From an uncultured Clostridia bacterium (GTDB lineage: Bacteria > Bacillota > Clostridia > UBA1381), in assembly GCA_934444735.1 (NCBI GenBank), contig CAKSDE010000003.1, forward strand, positions 105,910 through 169,909: 64,000 nucleotides of DNA. Direction: 5' to 3'. Positions 39,501-48,166 of this stretch are shown here, in pieces; within the stretch, counting starts at the first letter, position 1; every line of letters begins with the position of its first letter. A model generated the notes under the pieces. That model saw only the letters and a program-made list of their open reading frames with translations, was not told the origin of the DNA and made no database searches. Made by a program: the position numbers and the translations under genes.

Positions 39501-39800
39501 CACATATATAATATTGCTCTTTTTTCCGAGAATATCGCCGTAAACCGTATCGGTTATACTGTCTCCCATATTTATTTTTATCTCGCTCTGATTTTTAATA
39601 TTTGTCTTAAAAATACCCGAGCCTTGATTTATATATAAAATTTCGTTTAAACGGTTCGTTACAATAACCCCGGTTTCATTTTCTCCTGCATCTATCGCGA
39701 GCTTTCCGTCATCGTCCCACATTGCCGAAAAATCGGCATATGCATTTAAACTTACCAATCCGCAGAATAAGCATATCAAAATAAAAGCAACTTTTTTCAT
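36570..39800 (-). CDS. Secreted 1076 aa beta-helix enzyme paralog with an extra N-terminal small beta-helix domain and an internal copy of the roughly 70 aa module
   Basis: Signal MKKVAFILICLFCGLVSLNAYA. Two YVSP.GND.N.GT motifs (aa about 97 and about 425). Module at about 38580-38813 (IAAVYGKDGILKEM...IKIFVWDSFKRLVPL). Core ARYPDSGY, ELNSEGEWYFDKENN, TLDSGAIYAG. ATGA overlap with the upstream gene. Confidence 0.7.
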   Translation of the reverse strand: MKKVAFILICLFCGLVSLNAYADFSAMWDDDGKLAIDAGENETGVIVTNRLNEILYINQGSGIFKTNIKNQSEIKINMGDSITDTVYGDILGKKSNIIYVSPKGNDSNDGTLYSPLLTVSAALAAADTGDTVKLLGEVAADSVDCGKKVVISGGILDISQNESFSLSGDIELSDITLKNAPQEKIIISGSAKIGKNAVFKNDADIECGGNIRIESGNYNNITVNNSAVYILPEVSIKSKIYTSDSSMLVFEGCDFSKKLNESIGKIFILGKNGTVKKEEKKIKVYPEDERAYSVNGEEYITEGVIPDENGVYRIDFEYNVKLHSVGVSQNNGTYKLTVAAVNNNLNNEVPIVRIIAAVYGKDGILKEMTSGEYDSKNITMQYSSAKMTANDTIKIFVWDSFKRLVPLAGVSLGTVRALTAAKKEFYVSPSGNDANPGTITSPFATLKKAQSAARLAGEGTTVYFRKGEYYFPSKCNFTSSDSGITYKAYNGEKAVFTTVKSMKGSMFEEVPQDIKNRIKNENAKEKVLRIKLDANGFGSIPEIEDRSYSNKAINPILFSDSKRMTLARYPDSGYIHVTSVIDSGVTTDKSGNISERRPIAFSSDELAGKMSEWGDSDGFYIFGYLGADWSDVFYKCDFTEDKKLMTANANSGYAVRKDDRFYCANILEELNSEGEWYFDKENNYIYIYPFADFNENSKIKYNARNTSLDSFINIKGAENLVIDGIVFDGISANDYCIKMNDYCDGVVIKNCEFTNIVCRAAGINKSENCRIESNWAHDLSRGVFVADGGSAATLTPGKNIITNNKIERFAQEKTTYEPAIALYGVGNKASYNEISDSAHMAIGFYGQKCIIEYNEIYNVCNDTLDSGAIYAGLTFTAPGNIMRFNYIHDIENKVKEMTGTATTVVGIYFDERLSGEYVYSNVFENIDRACFIGSGRYNTIERNVMINCPQSVYISRYWTFNESLLDGLKIYENNALWQKEFPWIGETANDEPKDPKYNRVNDNALYNSALPQIPEKYSYLLDPTGNVIFDSTDIFADYDNKDFSILAKSDIYKEIPGFGVIPFGEIGLTGEKGETR

Positions 39801-39826
39801 TTTTCATTCCTCCGTTTTTGATATTT

Positions 39827-41362
39827 TTATATTTTCACGCTTGCCTTTCCCGAAAATTCACACTCTCCGTATACCCCCGCAACAAATGCTCTCAAAGACG
39901 CTTCATTGTCGTAACTGTTTACATACGTCTTAGCATTCTCGCAATATTGCTTAAATATATACGGTGATCCAAAACTTGCAATTATCGTTTTATCAGCATC
40001 GTAAACAAGCGAGTTATGTATCGTAACCGCCGCCTCTCCCGTCGGATTCGGCGTGTCGGCGCTGAGCATATATGCATATATCAGCAAATCATAATCCTTA
40101 TTAAGCTCTTTAAAATCAACATGATATACTCCGTTGTTTATCATCACTTCAACTGCGGCACCGCGTTTTTCAAATTCTTCTTTTAATATATCAAGCTTTT
40201 TGAATTTTCTATCATCTGTAGCAATCCCGACAATTCTAATTTTTCTGTATTTATTTTTATCTATCGGTATCAGCTTATTTTTCAGCATATATGCAGCCTT
40301 AGTTGCAAGCTCTTTTGCTACCCTCTCTGAAAAGCCTCTCTCATGCGTTTTTTCGGTTTTGCATATTTTGTCTTTCATGCGCATAACTCTTTCATATGCG
40401 TCATCCACTCTTGACATCGGTATCTTACCGTTCTCTACTGCCTTTACTATATTTTCCACAGTATAAAGCTGCGGCCATAAAAGCATATCGATCCCGATTT
40501 CATAGCACCTAACTTCTGCCTCTTCCTGTTCATACTCCCAGCGCAGGAATCCGCCCATATCCAAGGCGTCCGAAACAACAACTCCCGAAAATCCCATTTC
40601 TTTTTTTAAAAGCTTTGTTATCAAATCATATGAAAGAGTTGCCGGCGGATAGCAGCCGTCTATATCATCATTTTGCAAAGCCGGTGCCGAAATATGCCCT
40701 GCCATAATTGCTGCAACACCTGAATCTATCGCACGTCTAAACATCTTCCCCGACTTCTCAAACCATTCTTCTCTGCTAAGGGAATTTTCTGATTTTACAA
40801 TATGCTGATTTCGGTAATCTATCCCGTCTCCCGGGAAGTGCTTTGCCGTTGCCAGAAGTCCGTTTTCCTGATATCCTCGTATAAGCGCCTCTAAAAGCTC
40901 CGAAGCAGCTTTTTCATTGTCTCCCAACGATCTTGTATTCACTATCAGATTGAGTGGGTTTATATTCAAATCGCTCACCGGCGCAAAAGTCCAGTTTATA
41001 CCTAAAGACACCGCATCATATGCTATTGCTTTTGCATAATCATACGCAAGAGTCTTATCATTTGCCGAACCGACTGCCATAAGCGGCGGCAGCTCCACTG
41101 CACCCTTTACAATTCTCGACAATCCCGCTTCGCCATCCATGCATACCAAAAGCGGAATTTTTGAATATTTTTCATATTCTTCCGCCACGTTTTCGGCATT
41201 TGTCTTTTCATTGTATGCAATCACCTCGGGACCGACAAAAATTCCTCCCACGGGATACTTCTTCATGAAATTTTCTATACTTCCGAATTTTTTTATATGC
41301 TCCTCCGGTCTTGCTTTAACAATAACCGACTGACAAATCTTTTCTCTCAAATTTAAATCCAT
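39827..41362 (-). CDS. GH3 glycoside hydrolase, intracellular. Paralog of 4907-6448.
   Basis: 511 aa. KHFPGDGIDYRNQH, SDALDMGGFLRW. No signal peptide. AAAGGAG RBS. Confidence 0.8.
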   Translation of the reverse strand: MDLNLREKICQSVIVKARPEEHIKKFGSIENFMKKYPVGGIFVGPEVIAYNEKTNAENVAEEYEKYSKIPLLVCMDGEAGLSRIVKGAVELPPLMAVGSANDKTLAYDYAKAIAYDAVSLGINWTFAPVSDLNINPLNLIVNTRSLGDNEKAASELLEALIRGYQENGLLATAKHFPGDGIDYRNQHIVKSENSLSREEWFEKSGKMFRRAIDSGVAAIMAGHISAPALQNDDIDGCYPPATLSYDLITKLLKKEMGFSGVVVSDALDMGGFLRWEYEQEEAEVRCYEIGIDMLLWPQLYTVENIVKAVENGKIPMSRVDDAYERVMRMKDKICKTEKTHERGFSERVAKELATKAAYMLKNKLIPIDKNKYRKIRIVGIATDDRKFKKLDILKEEFEKRGAAVEVMINNGVYHVDFKELNKDYDLLIYAYMLSADTPNPTGEAAVTIHNSLVYDADKTIIASFGSPYIFKQYCENAKTYVNSYDNEASLRAFVAGVYGECEFSGKASVKI

Positions 41363-41504
41363 ATATTCTCCTTTGAACGATAAAATCTTTTTTATATATA
41401 AACAGAAAATTGAAGTTCTGTTCCTTCCATTCTACGGATATTTTTATAATCAATTCATTACTTTAAACTGTTGCTCCTGATTTTGATTCGGCAATATAGT
41501 ACTC

Positions 41505-42758
41505 TTAGCTTTCCCTTACCGTAAAAGCAACATTATTAAAGGTAACACCCTCCGTATGTTCCATATATACGGAATTTCTCACCAATTCATTTTCATTCGG
41601 ATGTCCTATTCTGACATCTTTGCTTCTTTTATCATCCACCGGGTTTATCTTCGACTTTTCAAAGCTGCAATCGGAAAAAACTACATTTTTAATCGGGCAA
41701 TCAACTCTTCCTTTCAAATACGGCAGTGTAAGACCTCTTGTATGTACGTTTGAGAAATACAGGTTCTGAATACCCTTGCAGAAAGTCACCGGATTATCCT
41801 CTATTTTTATATCAAGCGGACACACATAAATTCTATCCATCATAATATTGTTAAATAAGATATTTTCTATAAATGTATACTCACGTCCCTCGTCCGCAAG
41901 TCTTTCCTTGCCGCGTCCCGGCAGCGTTATGCTGATTCCGATTGATGTATCGGTAACAACAAGATTTGAAAAGCTGCAATTTCTTATTATACCGTCCTTT
42001 ATCCAGCCCACGCGGATCCCCGAACAATTACTCGAGAGAGTGCAGTTTGTAACAGTCACCTTTTCGCACACCTTATTTTCCGCCAAAGACGAGTTATTGG
42101 CGCGAATTATAAGACAGTCGTCACCGCTGTTTATAATACAGTTTGAAACGGTAACATTTCGGCTGCTGTTTATGTGGATTCCGTCGTTATTCGGATAGTC
42201 TATGCACGCGTTGATCTTCACTCTGTCAAAACTCACCCAATCGCAGTCGTGCACCCAGAACGTCCAGCCACCCGGCTGATTTATCATATTTATATCGGTG
42301 ACGTTAACATTTTCGCAGCCTGTAAAAAATACCACTCTTGACGGTGTATCCTCGCCGATTCTCTCATACGGCATCCATGAATTTTCCGCCTTTTTCAAAA
42401 ACATTTCACCGTTACAGTCAATCGAGCCTCTTCCGGTTATCGATATATTTTTGCTCTCCTCCGCAAAAATCATGCACGAATTCTTATGTCTTGCCAAAAG
42501 ATCGGACACTACGTGCCGCACATTATCACGCTCCGCAAAGTCTTTGGGATCGGGAGACATTAAAAGCTTTCCCGTTTCATCTATATGCAGGTCCACATTG
42601 TCCTTTAATATTATTGTTCCCGTCATATAAACTCCGCCGGACACCTCCACTTTTCCGCCGCCCGTTTCCGAACACTCATCAATCGCTTTTTGTATTGCCT
42701 TTGTGTTCAATGTTTTTGCATCACCTTTTGCACCGTAATCTCTTATATCAAATCTCAT
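41505..42758 (-). CDS. GH28 family glycoside hydrolase (polygalacturonase/rhamnogalacturonase-like), apparently intracellular
   Basis: 417 aa. N-terminal FDIRDYGAKGDAKTLNTKAIQKAID...GGKVEVSGGVYMTGTIILKDNVDLHI typical of GH28. Later NDGIHI and G.DDC.I blocks. No signal peptide. Confidence 0.75.
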   Translation of the reverse strand: MRFDIRDYGAKGDAKTLNTKAIQKAIDECSETGGGKVEVSGGVYMTGTIILKDNVDLHIDETGKLLMSPDPKDFAERDNVRHVVSDLLARHKNSCMIFAEESKNISITGRGSIDCNGEMFLKKAENSWMPYERIGEDTPSRVVFFTGCENVNVTDINMINQPGGWTFWVHDCDWVSFDRVKINACIDYPNNDGIHINSSRNVTVSNCIINSGDDCLIIRANNSSLAENKVCEKVTVTNCTLSSNCSGIRVGWIKDGIIRNCSFSNLVVTDTSIGISITLPGRGKERLADEGREYTFIENILFNNIMMDRIYVCPLDIKIEDNPVTFCKGIQNLYFSNVHTRGLTLPYLKGRVDCPIKNVVFSDCSFEKSKINPVDDKRSKDVRIGHPNENELVRNSVYMEHTEGVTFNNVAFTVRES

Positions 42759-42933
42759 TTTTTACTCCTTTTCACAAGTAATTATATTTTTCTATAAATT
42801 AATTATAACATTTTCACAACTCAATACAATGGAATATCGATTTTATTTTTGTACTATATTGAACAAATACACCATTCTCTCTTGCACCGTTTTAAAACTT
42901 ATGTTATACTGTATTTAATATAAAAGAAAGGCT

Positions 42934-43797
42934 GTGGATTTTATGTATTTCAATATGGATAAACCTGTAAATGCCGTCATGTTCGGTAAGATGACTCAAT
43001 CCCGCGGTCACTGGCACAACGGCCGCTGTATAAACAATCATATGCTTTTGTACATCATTTCAGGCAAGCTCAATATGCAAGTCGGAAACAAAGTTTACTG
43101 CATTCTTCCGGGAGAACTGCTGCTTATCCCCGAAAATACATTTTATAAACCGCTCGACACAAGCGGCTGCACATATTATTTTTTCCATTTCAATGCCTGC
43201 TCCGATCTTCCCGACACGATTCTGCCGGTTACGATAAGAAATGAAACTCTTCCCGAGAATTGCTATGCTTATCTTTACAGTGTTAATAAAAAACCGGTCA
43301 TAAGAATCGATATACATACCCATATAACCAATCACAGCGCCGTAGACAATATATTTCTGCGCATTTCGGGCATGAATGTTTCAAAAAATTCCTCGGGGAA
43401 AATATTGCTCGACAATCTCCTGCGAGAGCTGCTCATTCAGATAGATCTTGACTCTCTGCAAACCACAAAATCCAACAACACTCTCGAAAAAATCCTTGTC
43501 TACATTCATGCCAACTTCAGCCGCGATATAACCCTTGACTCGATAAGCCGTGAATTTCTCATATCGAAATCCTATATATCACGTCTATTCCGCGGCTTTC
43601 TGAACACGACCGTATCGCACTACATAAACCGCATACGCTTGGGAAATGCCTGCGAGCTGCTCTTAAACAGCAGTATGCCGATAAGCGAAGTTGCCGAAAA
43701 ATCAGGGTATTCCGACCAATATTACTTTTCAAAGGTTTTTAAGAAATTTTTCTCGGTCTCGCCCAGTGCTTTCAGAAAAAACAACACAGTCATTTAA
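42934..43797 (+). CDS. AraC family transcriptional regulator (cupin N-domain + AraC HTH)
   Basis: 287 aa. C-terminal AraC HTH (TLDSISREFLISKSYISRLFRGF...YSDQYYFSKVFKKFFSVSPSAFR). Confidence 0.8.
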   Translation: MDFMYFNMDKPVNAVMFGKMTQSRGHWHNGRCINNHMLLYIISGKLNMQVGNKVYCILPGELLLIPENTFYKPLDTSGCTYYFFHFNACSDLPDTILPVTIRNETLPENCYAYLYSVNKKPVIRIDIHTHITNHSAVDNIFLRISGMNVSKNSSGKILLDNLLRELLIQIDLDSLQTTKSNNTLEKILVYIHANFSRDITLDSISREFLISKSYISRLFRGFLNTTVSHYINRIRLGNACELLLNSSMPISEVAEKSGYSDQYYFSKVFKKFFSVSPSAFRKNNTVI

Positions 43798-45894
43798 CAC
43801 TTTTTGTGCAAAAATACCGCTCCGGCTTTTGATTCGGGCAATGTAATGCTCTTACTGTCTGTTTTTTGCAAAACATTTTCTGTGCAGTCTGCCGTAATAA
43901 CCAAATCAACGTCAAAATCAAAGTCCATAGATACCTTTTTTTCACGTTCATCTTCATATGCATATAAAATCACATATTTATCTTGGTTTTTATATACGCG
44001 TACCATCGCGCTGTCACACTCTGCCATCTCATCGGTATTTTGGAACGTATATTCTCCGAGCGCCGGATAAATCTTTTGCGAAAGCCGCACGATTTTTTCA
44101 AGATATTCCCACTGCTTCGGGTCATTTTTAAAGGTATTGTCTTCCTCTAAATCGTATATCCAGAAATAGCAGCCGTTTACAAAAGTCCTGTTTATGTACT
44201 CGGTCGAATATTTTCCGATATGAGTCGGGCGCATCACATTTTTTATCCTCGGATAAACCATATCCACCAGTATCTGATGCGGATACATATAGCGGTAAAG
44301 CTCGGGGAAAGAGGAATCATGATCATATAAAAATGACGATATCAGCTGTCCGTCTACCATAGAGCCATATACATCAGAGCATCCCTCGGTCATAATATTT
44401 ATCTTATTGCCCTGCTGAGTCACAATTTTTTCCACACGCTCCAAAAGCTTACAATATCCCTTTTCCCAATCATACAAGCCGTGATTATGCTCTTTTGCAT
44501 GACACACAAACGGCGTTGAGAACGCAAGCTGATCAAGATATACTCCGTCCGCTCCCAAATCCGCAAGATATTTTACCGAATTGTACAGATGATCCTGCCA
44601 AACTTCGCTTGCGGCACACATAGCGTTAAAGATAATGCTTGTATCTCCGTATTGTTCTTCTTTCGGAGTGCCGTCGGCACGTATCACCCGTCCTTTTTTT
44701 CAAAAGCTCCGAATCCTTCATAACTTCAATATTATAAAGGCGCGCATTTACGTAAAATGAAACGTATATTCCCATCTCATGCGCTTTTTTAATACTGCTG
44801 CGCAAACTTTCTTCGCCGCCCAATTCCTCATCTGCTATATATTCGGGGAATCCGTTATCGAATCCGCCCCTGTGCCAGCCGGCAATAAGCAAATGATTTA
44901 TGCTTTTCTCTTTCGCCTCGTCCAAAAGCTTTTCAAAATCTGAAAATTTATGGACAATACCTCTCGTCTGGTATTTAAAATCATAGTGTGCAAACATTGC
45001 CGCACTGTTTTGAAACCATTCGTTTGTTTTCTCTTTTTTCTCATTCTTGCAATATATTTTCGCACCCTCGCGCCAGTCGCCCTCATGGAGTGCCAGAACA
45101 ATTCCGTCCATAGAAAAATCATCTGACGTTTCAACCTTTTTCATGAAATAGAAATTCATTCCGGGCAGTGTGTCGCCAAAGGTTGAAACCGAAAGCGGAC
45201 ATATTCCGTTGTCTTTTCTCATTCCGAAATACATTCCGCCGTTATCGGAATAATAATCTGTCCACTTCATCGAAAATTCGGGACAGCAATAGTTATAGAG
45301 CCTGTACTGTCCGTCCTCACCCTTATTATTGCCAAGTCCGTCCATTGAGTATGTAGATGAATATTTCTGCCATTGCCAGTGAATCTTTTTAGGCTCCTTT
45401 GAAACGTGCGATATTGGGTTTTTAATTTTAAGTCCCGCAACATATGGATAAACAAGCACATCATTTTCGTAATTTTCACCATGGTATATCCCATTTATGC
45501 AAGGGTAGTGGCAATCATCTATCACAAGTCCGCTGTTATTTTTAACGTCTATTTTAAATTCGGCTGTTTGTTTTCCTTTAAAATCAATCTCAGCCGTAAC
45601 CTCTATATCTAAAATCTCATCATTGCAGTAAACGCACGGATAATGAATTATCAATGACGTATCCGTCTCGCCGATTTCCGGCTTAAGGCATGGATTTTTG
45701 TACATCTGCTCATTTGTCGGTGCCGTTATAATACCTTTTGATGTCAACATCGTAAACGGATTCGGGATACGCAAAAGACTTTTCATCAAATCGTCTCCCG
45801 TTTTTTCATTAAATACAGATAATATCCGACCGTTAGCAGCATTTACTGCAATCGTCAGATCCCCGACAGTCTTAGAAATTCTGCTCTTATACAT
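43794..45894 (-). pseudogene. Putative TIM-barrel glycoside-hydrolase-like protein of about 706 aa, split into two ORFs (45894-44626 and 44687-43794) by a +1 frameshift at an A7 tract at 44694-44700
   Basis: The two ORFs overlap by 62 nt in different frames. Removing one A from the AAAAAAA run joins them (…ELLKK|GRVIRADGTPKEE…). Upstream part start MYKSRISK (GGGAGGAG RBS) overlaps the stop of 45887-47008. GH-like motifs AGWHRGGFDNGFPEY and DGVYLDQ. Confidence 0.5.
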
Positions 45895-47008
45895 TTTCTC
45901 CTCCCGATATTTCACTCCATTTTTCTCTTGCCAATCTTATTGCTCCACTCACAGGCGGAGCACTCAAAATCTCTATATCATATTTCCTCGGATTTTTAAG
46001 CTTATTTTTTATCAAATCCGGCAAATCATCTCTTGAAGAAAGTCTGCCTGCAATCACAACTTTCACCCTATCACCCGAAAATCCGTTTGATGCGGTTTCC
46101 AGTATATGTGCCGCAACGGCAATATTTCTGTCGATAATTCTTTTTGACACCTCATCTCCCCTTCGAGCCGCATCAAAAACCATAGTCGAAAATGATGCTA
46201 TATATTTCTTCCTTTTTTTGTAGATTTCCTCTAAAAGCAAATTCAGATCCATACCCGATTTTTCTGTAATCATTTCGGACAAAAGCGTCTTTTCGCCCGT
46301 GCCGTCATATGCCGAATATACCGCCGAGAGCGCATCTCTGCCGATATTGTATGCACTTGCTCCCTCGTCTATCAGATACCCCCAGCCCGAAATTCTCGTA
46401 AGTTTACCGTCCAAAACCTTGTACGCACATACACCGGTTCCCAAAATCAGTGTCACTCCGTCTTTTTCGCCCAGGCCCGCCGATACTATATTTTCATTAT
46501 CACTTCCGTTAAATGCCGCTTTAAAGTGAAATTCATCAAAGAACTGTTTGAATATCTGTCTTGAACTTCCCGAGCTGCCTCCTGCGATTCCTGCAAACAT
46601 TACAACATTTGATAGTGAAATTCCGCGGCATACTTTGTAAATTGCTTCCTTTAAAACAGACTTCGACGCTTCTATACCAATATCAAACGGATTACACGGT
46701 CCGGTATGTACAAAGTTGATTCGTTCTCCATCGCTGTTTTCCAAAACCAAATCCGTCTTTGTTCCTCCGCCGTCAATTCCGAGATAATATATGCGGTTAT
46801 GCTCCGAAAAGAGCTGCTCAACGCTTGTATTAAATATTTCCGATAATTTAAACAATACATCAATCGCCGGAATACACGCTCCGACCTCCCATTTTGAAAC
46901 CGTTTTTTCCGAATATCCTATAAGCTCACCCAGATCATGCTGCGTCATACCCATAGAGTTTCTGAAGTTTTTTAGATTCCGTGAAAAATTTTCTCCGTAT
47001 CTGTCCAT
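45887..47008 (-). CDS. Fusion of an N-terminal XRE-type HTH domain to a BadF/BadG/BcrA/BcrD (GlcNAc/MurNAc kinase-like) ATPase domain. Candidate sugar kinase or sugar-sensing regulator.
   Basis: HTH_XRE (GMTQHDLGELIGYSEKTVSKWEVG) followed by YLGIDGGGTKTDLVL...GTGV..Y of the BadF-type or N-acetylglucosamine kinase family. Two-nucleotide gap to murQ. Confidence 0.65.
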   Translation of the reverse strand: MDRYGENFSRNLKNFRNSMGMTQHDLGELIGYSEKTVSKWEVGACIPAIDVLFKLSEIFNTSVEQLFSEHNRIYYLGIDGGGTKTDLVLENSDGERINFVHTGPCNPFDIGIEASKSVLKEAIYKVCRGISLSNVVMFAGIAGGSSGSSRQIFKQFFDEFHFKAAFNGSDNENIVSAGLGEKDGVTLILGTGVCAYKVLDGKLTRISGWGYLIDEGASAYNIGRDALSAVYSAYDGTGEKTLLSEMITEKSGMDLNLLLEEIYKKRKKYIASFSTMVFDAARRGDEVSKRIIDRNIAVAAHILETASNGFSGDRVKVVIAGRLSSRDDLPDLIKNKLKNPRKYDIEILSAPPVSGAIRLAREKWSEISGGENV

Positions 47009-47010
47009 AG

Positions 47011-47829
47011 TTACCTCCTCACCGTATGATATTTTTCCAATATACTTCTTAAATTCCAGTCATTTTCATCTAAAAGCGTCTTTGCTTTGTCATCATCACA
47101 ACCGAGCACTTCTTTTACAATCCCAATCATTCGCTTTGTCAGCTTTTTATTGGCAGGTTTTAAGTTAATCATAAGATTTTCATAAACCTTCCCGGTTTTT
47201 ATCATAGCCGTCGTGGAAAGCATATTCAATACAAGCTTTTGCGCCGTACCTGCCTTCATTCGCGTCGACCCTGTTACCACCTCGGCGCCCGTATCGGTCA
47301 CAATCGATATGTCCGCCGTTTTATCAAGCTTACTTCCCTCATTGCAGGTTATTCCGATTGTTTTGGCGCCTTTTTCTTTTGCCATATCAAGCGCTCCCAA
47401 GATATATGCGGCATTTCCGGCAGCAGATATTCCGACAACGGTGTCGTTATCTTTAATATCATACTTGCCCAAATCCTCCGCGCCTGCCTCATAGTTATCT
47501 TCCGCTCCCTCCGATGCCGTAAACATCGACTCATGTCCGCCCGCAATAATACCGACAACCAAATCCTTAGATACGCCGAATGTCGGCGGGCACTCTGCTG
47601 CATCGACAATCCCGAGCCGTCCCGAAGTTCCGGCGCCTATGTAAAAAAGCCGTCCTCCTTTTTCCATGCCCGAAATTATTGCATCGCACGCTTTTTCAAT
47701 TCTGTCAAGCGCCTTTTCTACTGCCATAACCGAGTTCATATTTTCACGGTTTATTATGCGTAATATTTCCCCCGTACTCATTCTGTCAATATTCATTGTA
47801 TCAGGGTTTCTCATCTCTGTTTTCTGCAT
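47011..47829 (-). CDS. murQ: N-acetylmuramic acid 6-phosphate etherase MurQ (SIS domain)
   Basis: 272 aa. GGRLFYIGAGTSGRLGIVDAAECPPTFGV is the MurQ signature. SIS fold. Confidence 0.8.
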   Translation of the reverse strand: MQKTEMRNPDTMNIDRMSTGEILRIINRENMNSVMAVEKALDRIEKACDAIISGMEKGGRLFYIGAGTSGRLGIVDAAECPPTFGVSKDLVVGIIAGGHESMFTASEGAEDNYEAGAEDLGKYDIKDNDTVVGISAAGNAAYILGALDMAKEKGAKTIGITCNEGSKLDKTADISIVTDTGAEVVTGSTRMKAGTAQKLVLNMLSTTAMIKTGKVYENLMINLKPANKKLTKRMIGIVKEVLGCDDDKAKTLLDENDWNLRSILEKYHTVRR

Positions 47830-47964
47830 TTTCTTTTCTCCTTTTTATGGGTAAATTTTTAGGTAATTGTAAAACTAACGTTTTCCAATTAAAATTCTTA
47901 GGTAGAAATAAAAAGTTCCGGCTGATTTTAATTTTACGGCAGGTTGAAACTTTTTATTTCAGCC

Positions 47965-47991
47965 AAAAATGACGCACATGTCGTCATTTTT
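47965..47991. terminator. Bidirectional intrinsic terminator 175 nt downstream of gene 48167-50308
   Basis: AAAAATGACG-cacatgt-CGTCATTTTT, a 10 bp stem with A/T tracts on both sides. Confidence 0.6.
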
Positions 47992-48166
47992 GATTATAAA
48001 TCAGGGGTTGACACCCCCGATACCCCCATAAGAATGATGGCTAAAAAGTAAAAATTACATTTTACTTTTTACCTAATGGGTAAATTTTTACTCTATCTAA
48101 TACAATTTTACACCGACGTTTTTCTATTGTCAACCGAATATACAGAGTGAGGTTTGCTGCAATTCT

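Noticed and set aside
33979-39800. Beta-helix proteins as phage tailspike or depolymerase genes (prophage remnant)
   Set aside because: All copies have Sec signal peptides and CBM, CuAO-N or anchoring appendages. They sit among GH, CBM and regulator genes. There are no phage structural or replication genes nearby.
44694-44700. Programmed ribosomal frameshift at the A7 tract
   Set aside because: There is no recognizable downstream stimulatory structure or slippery heptamer context beyond the homopolymer. A sequencing indel or mutational inactivation is the more economical explanation. It is kept as an open question in the findings.
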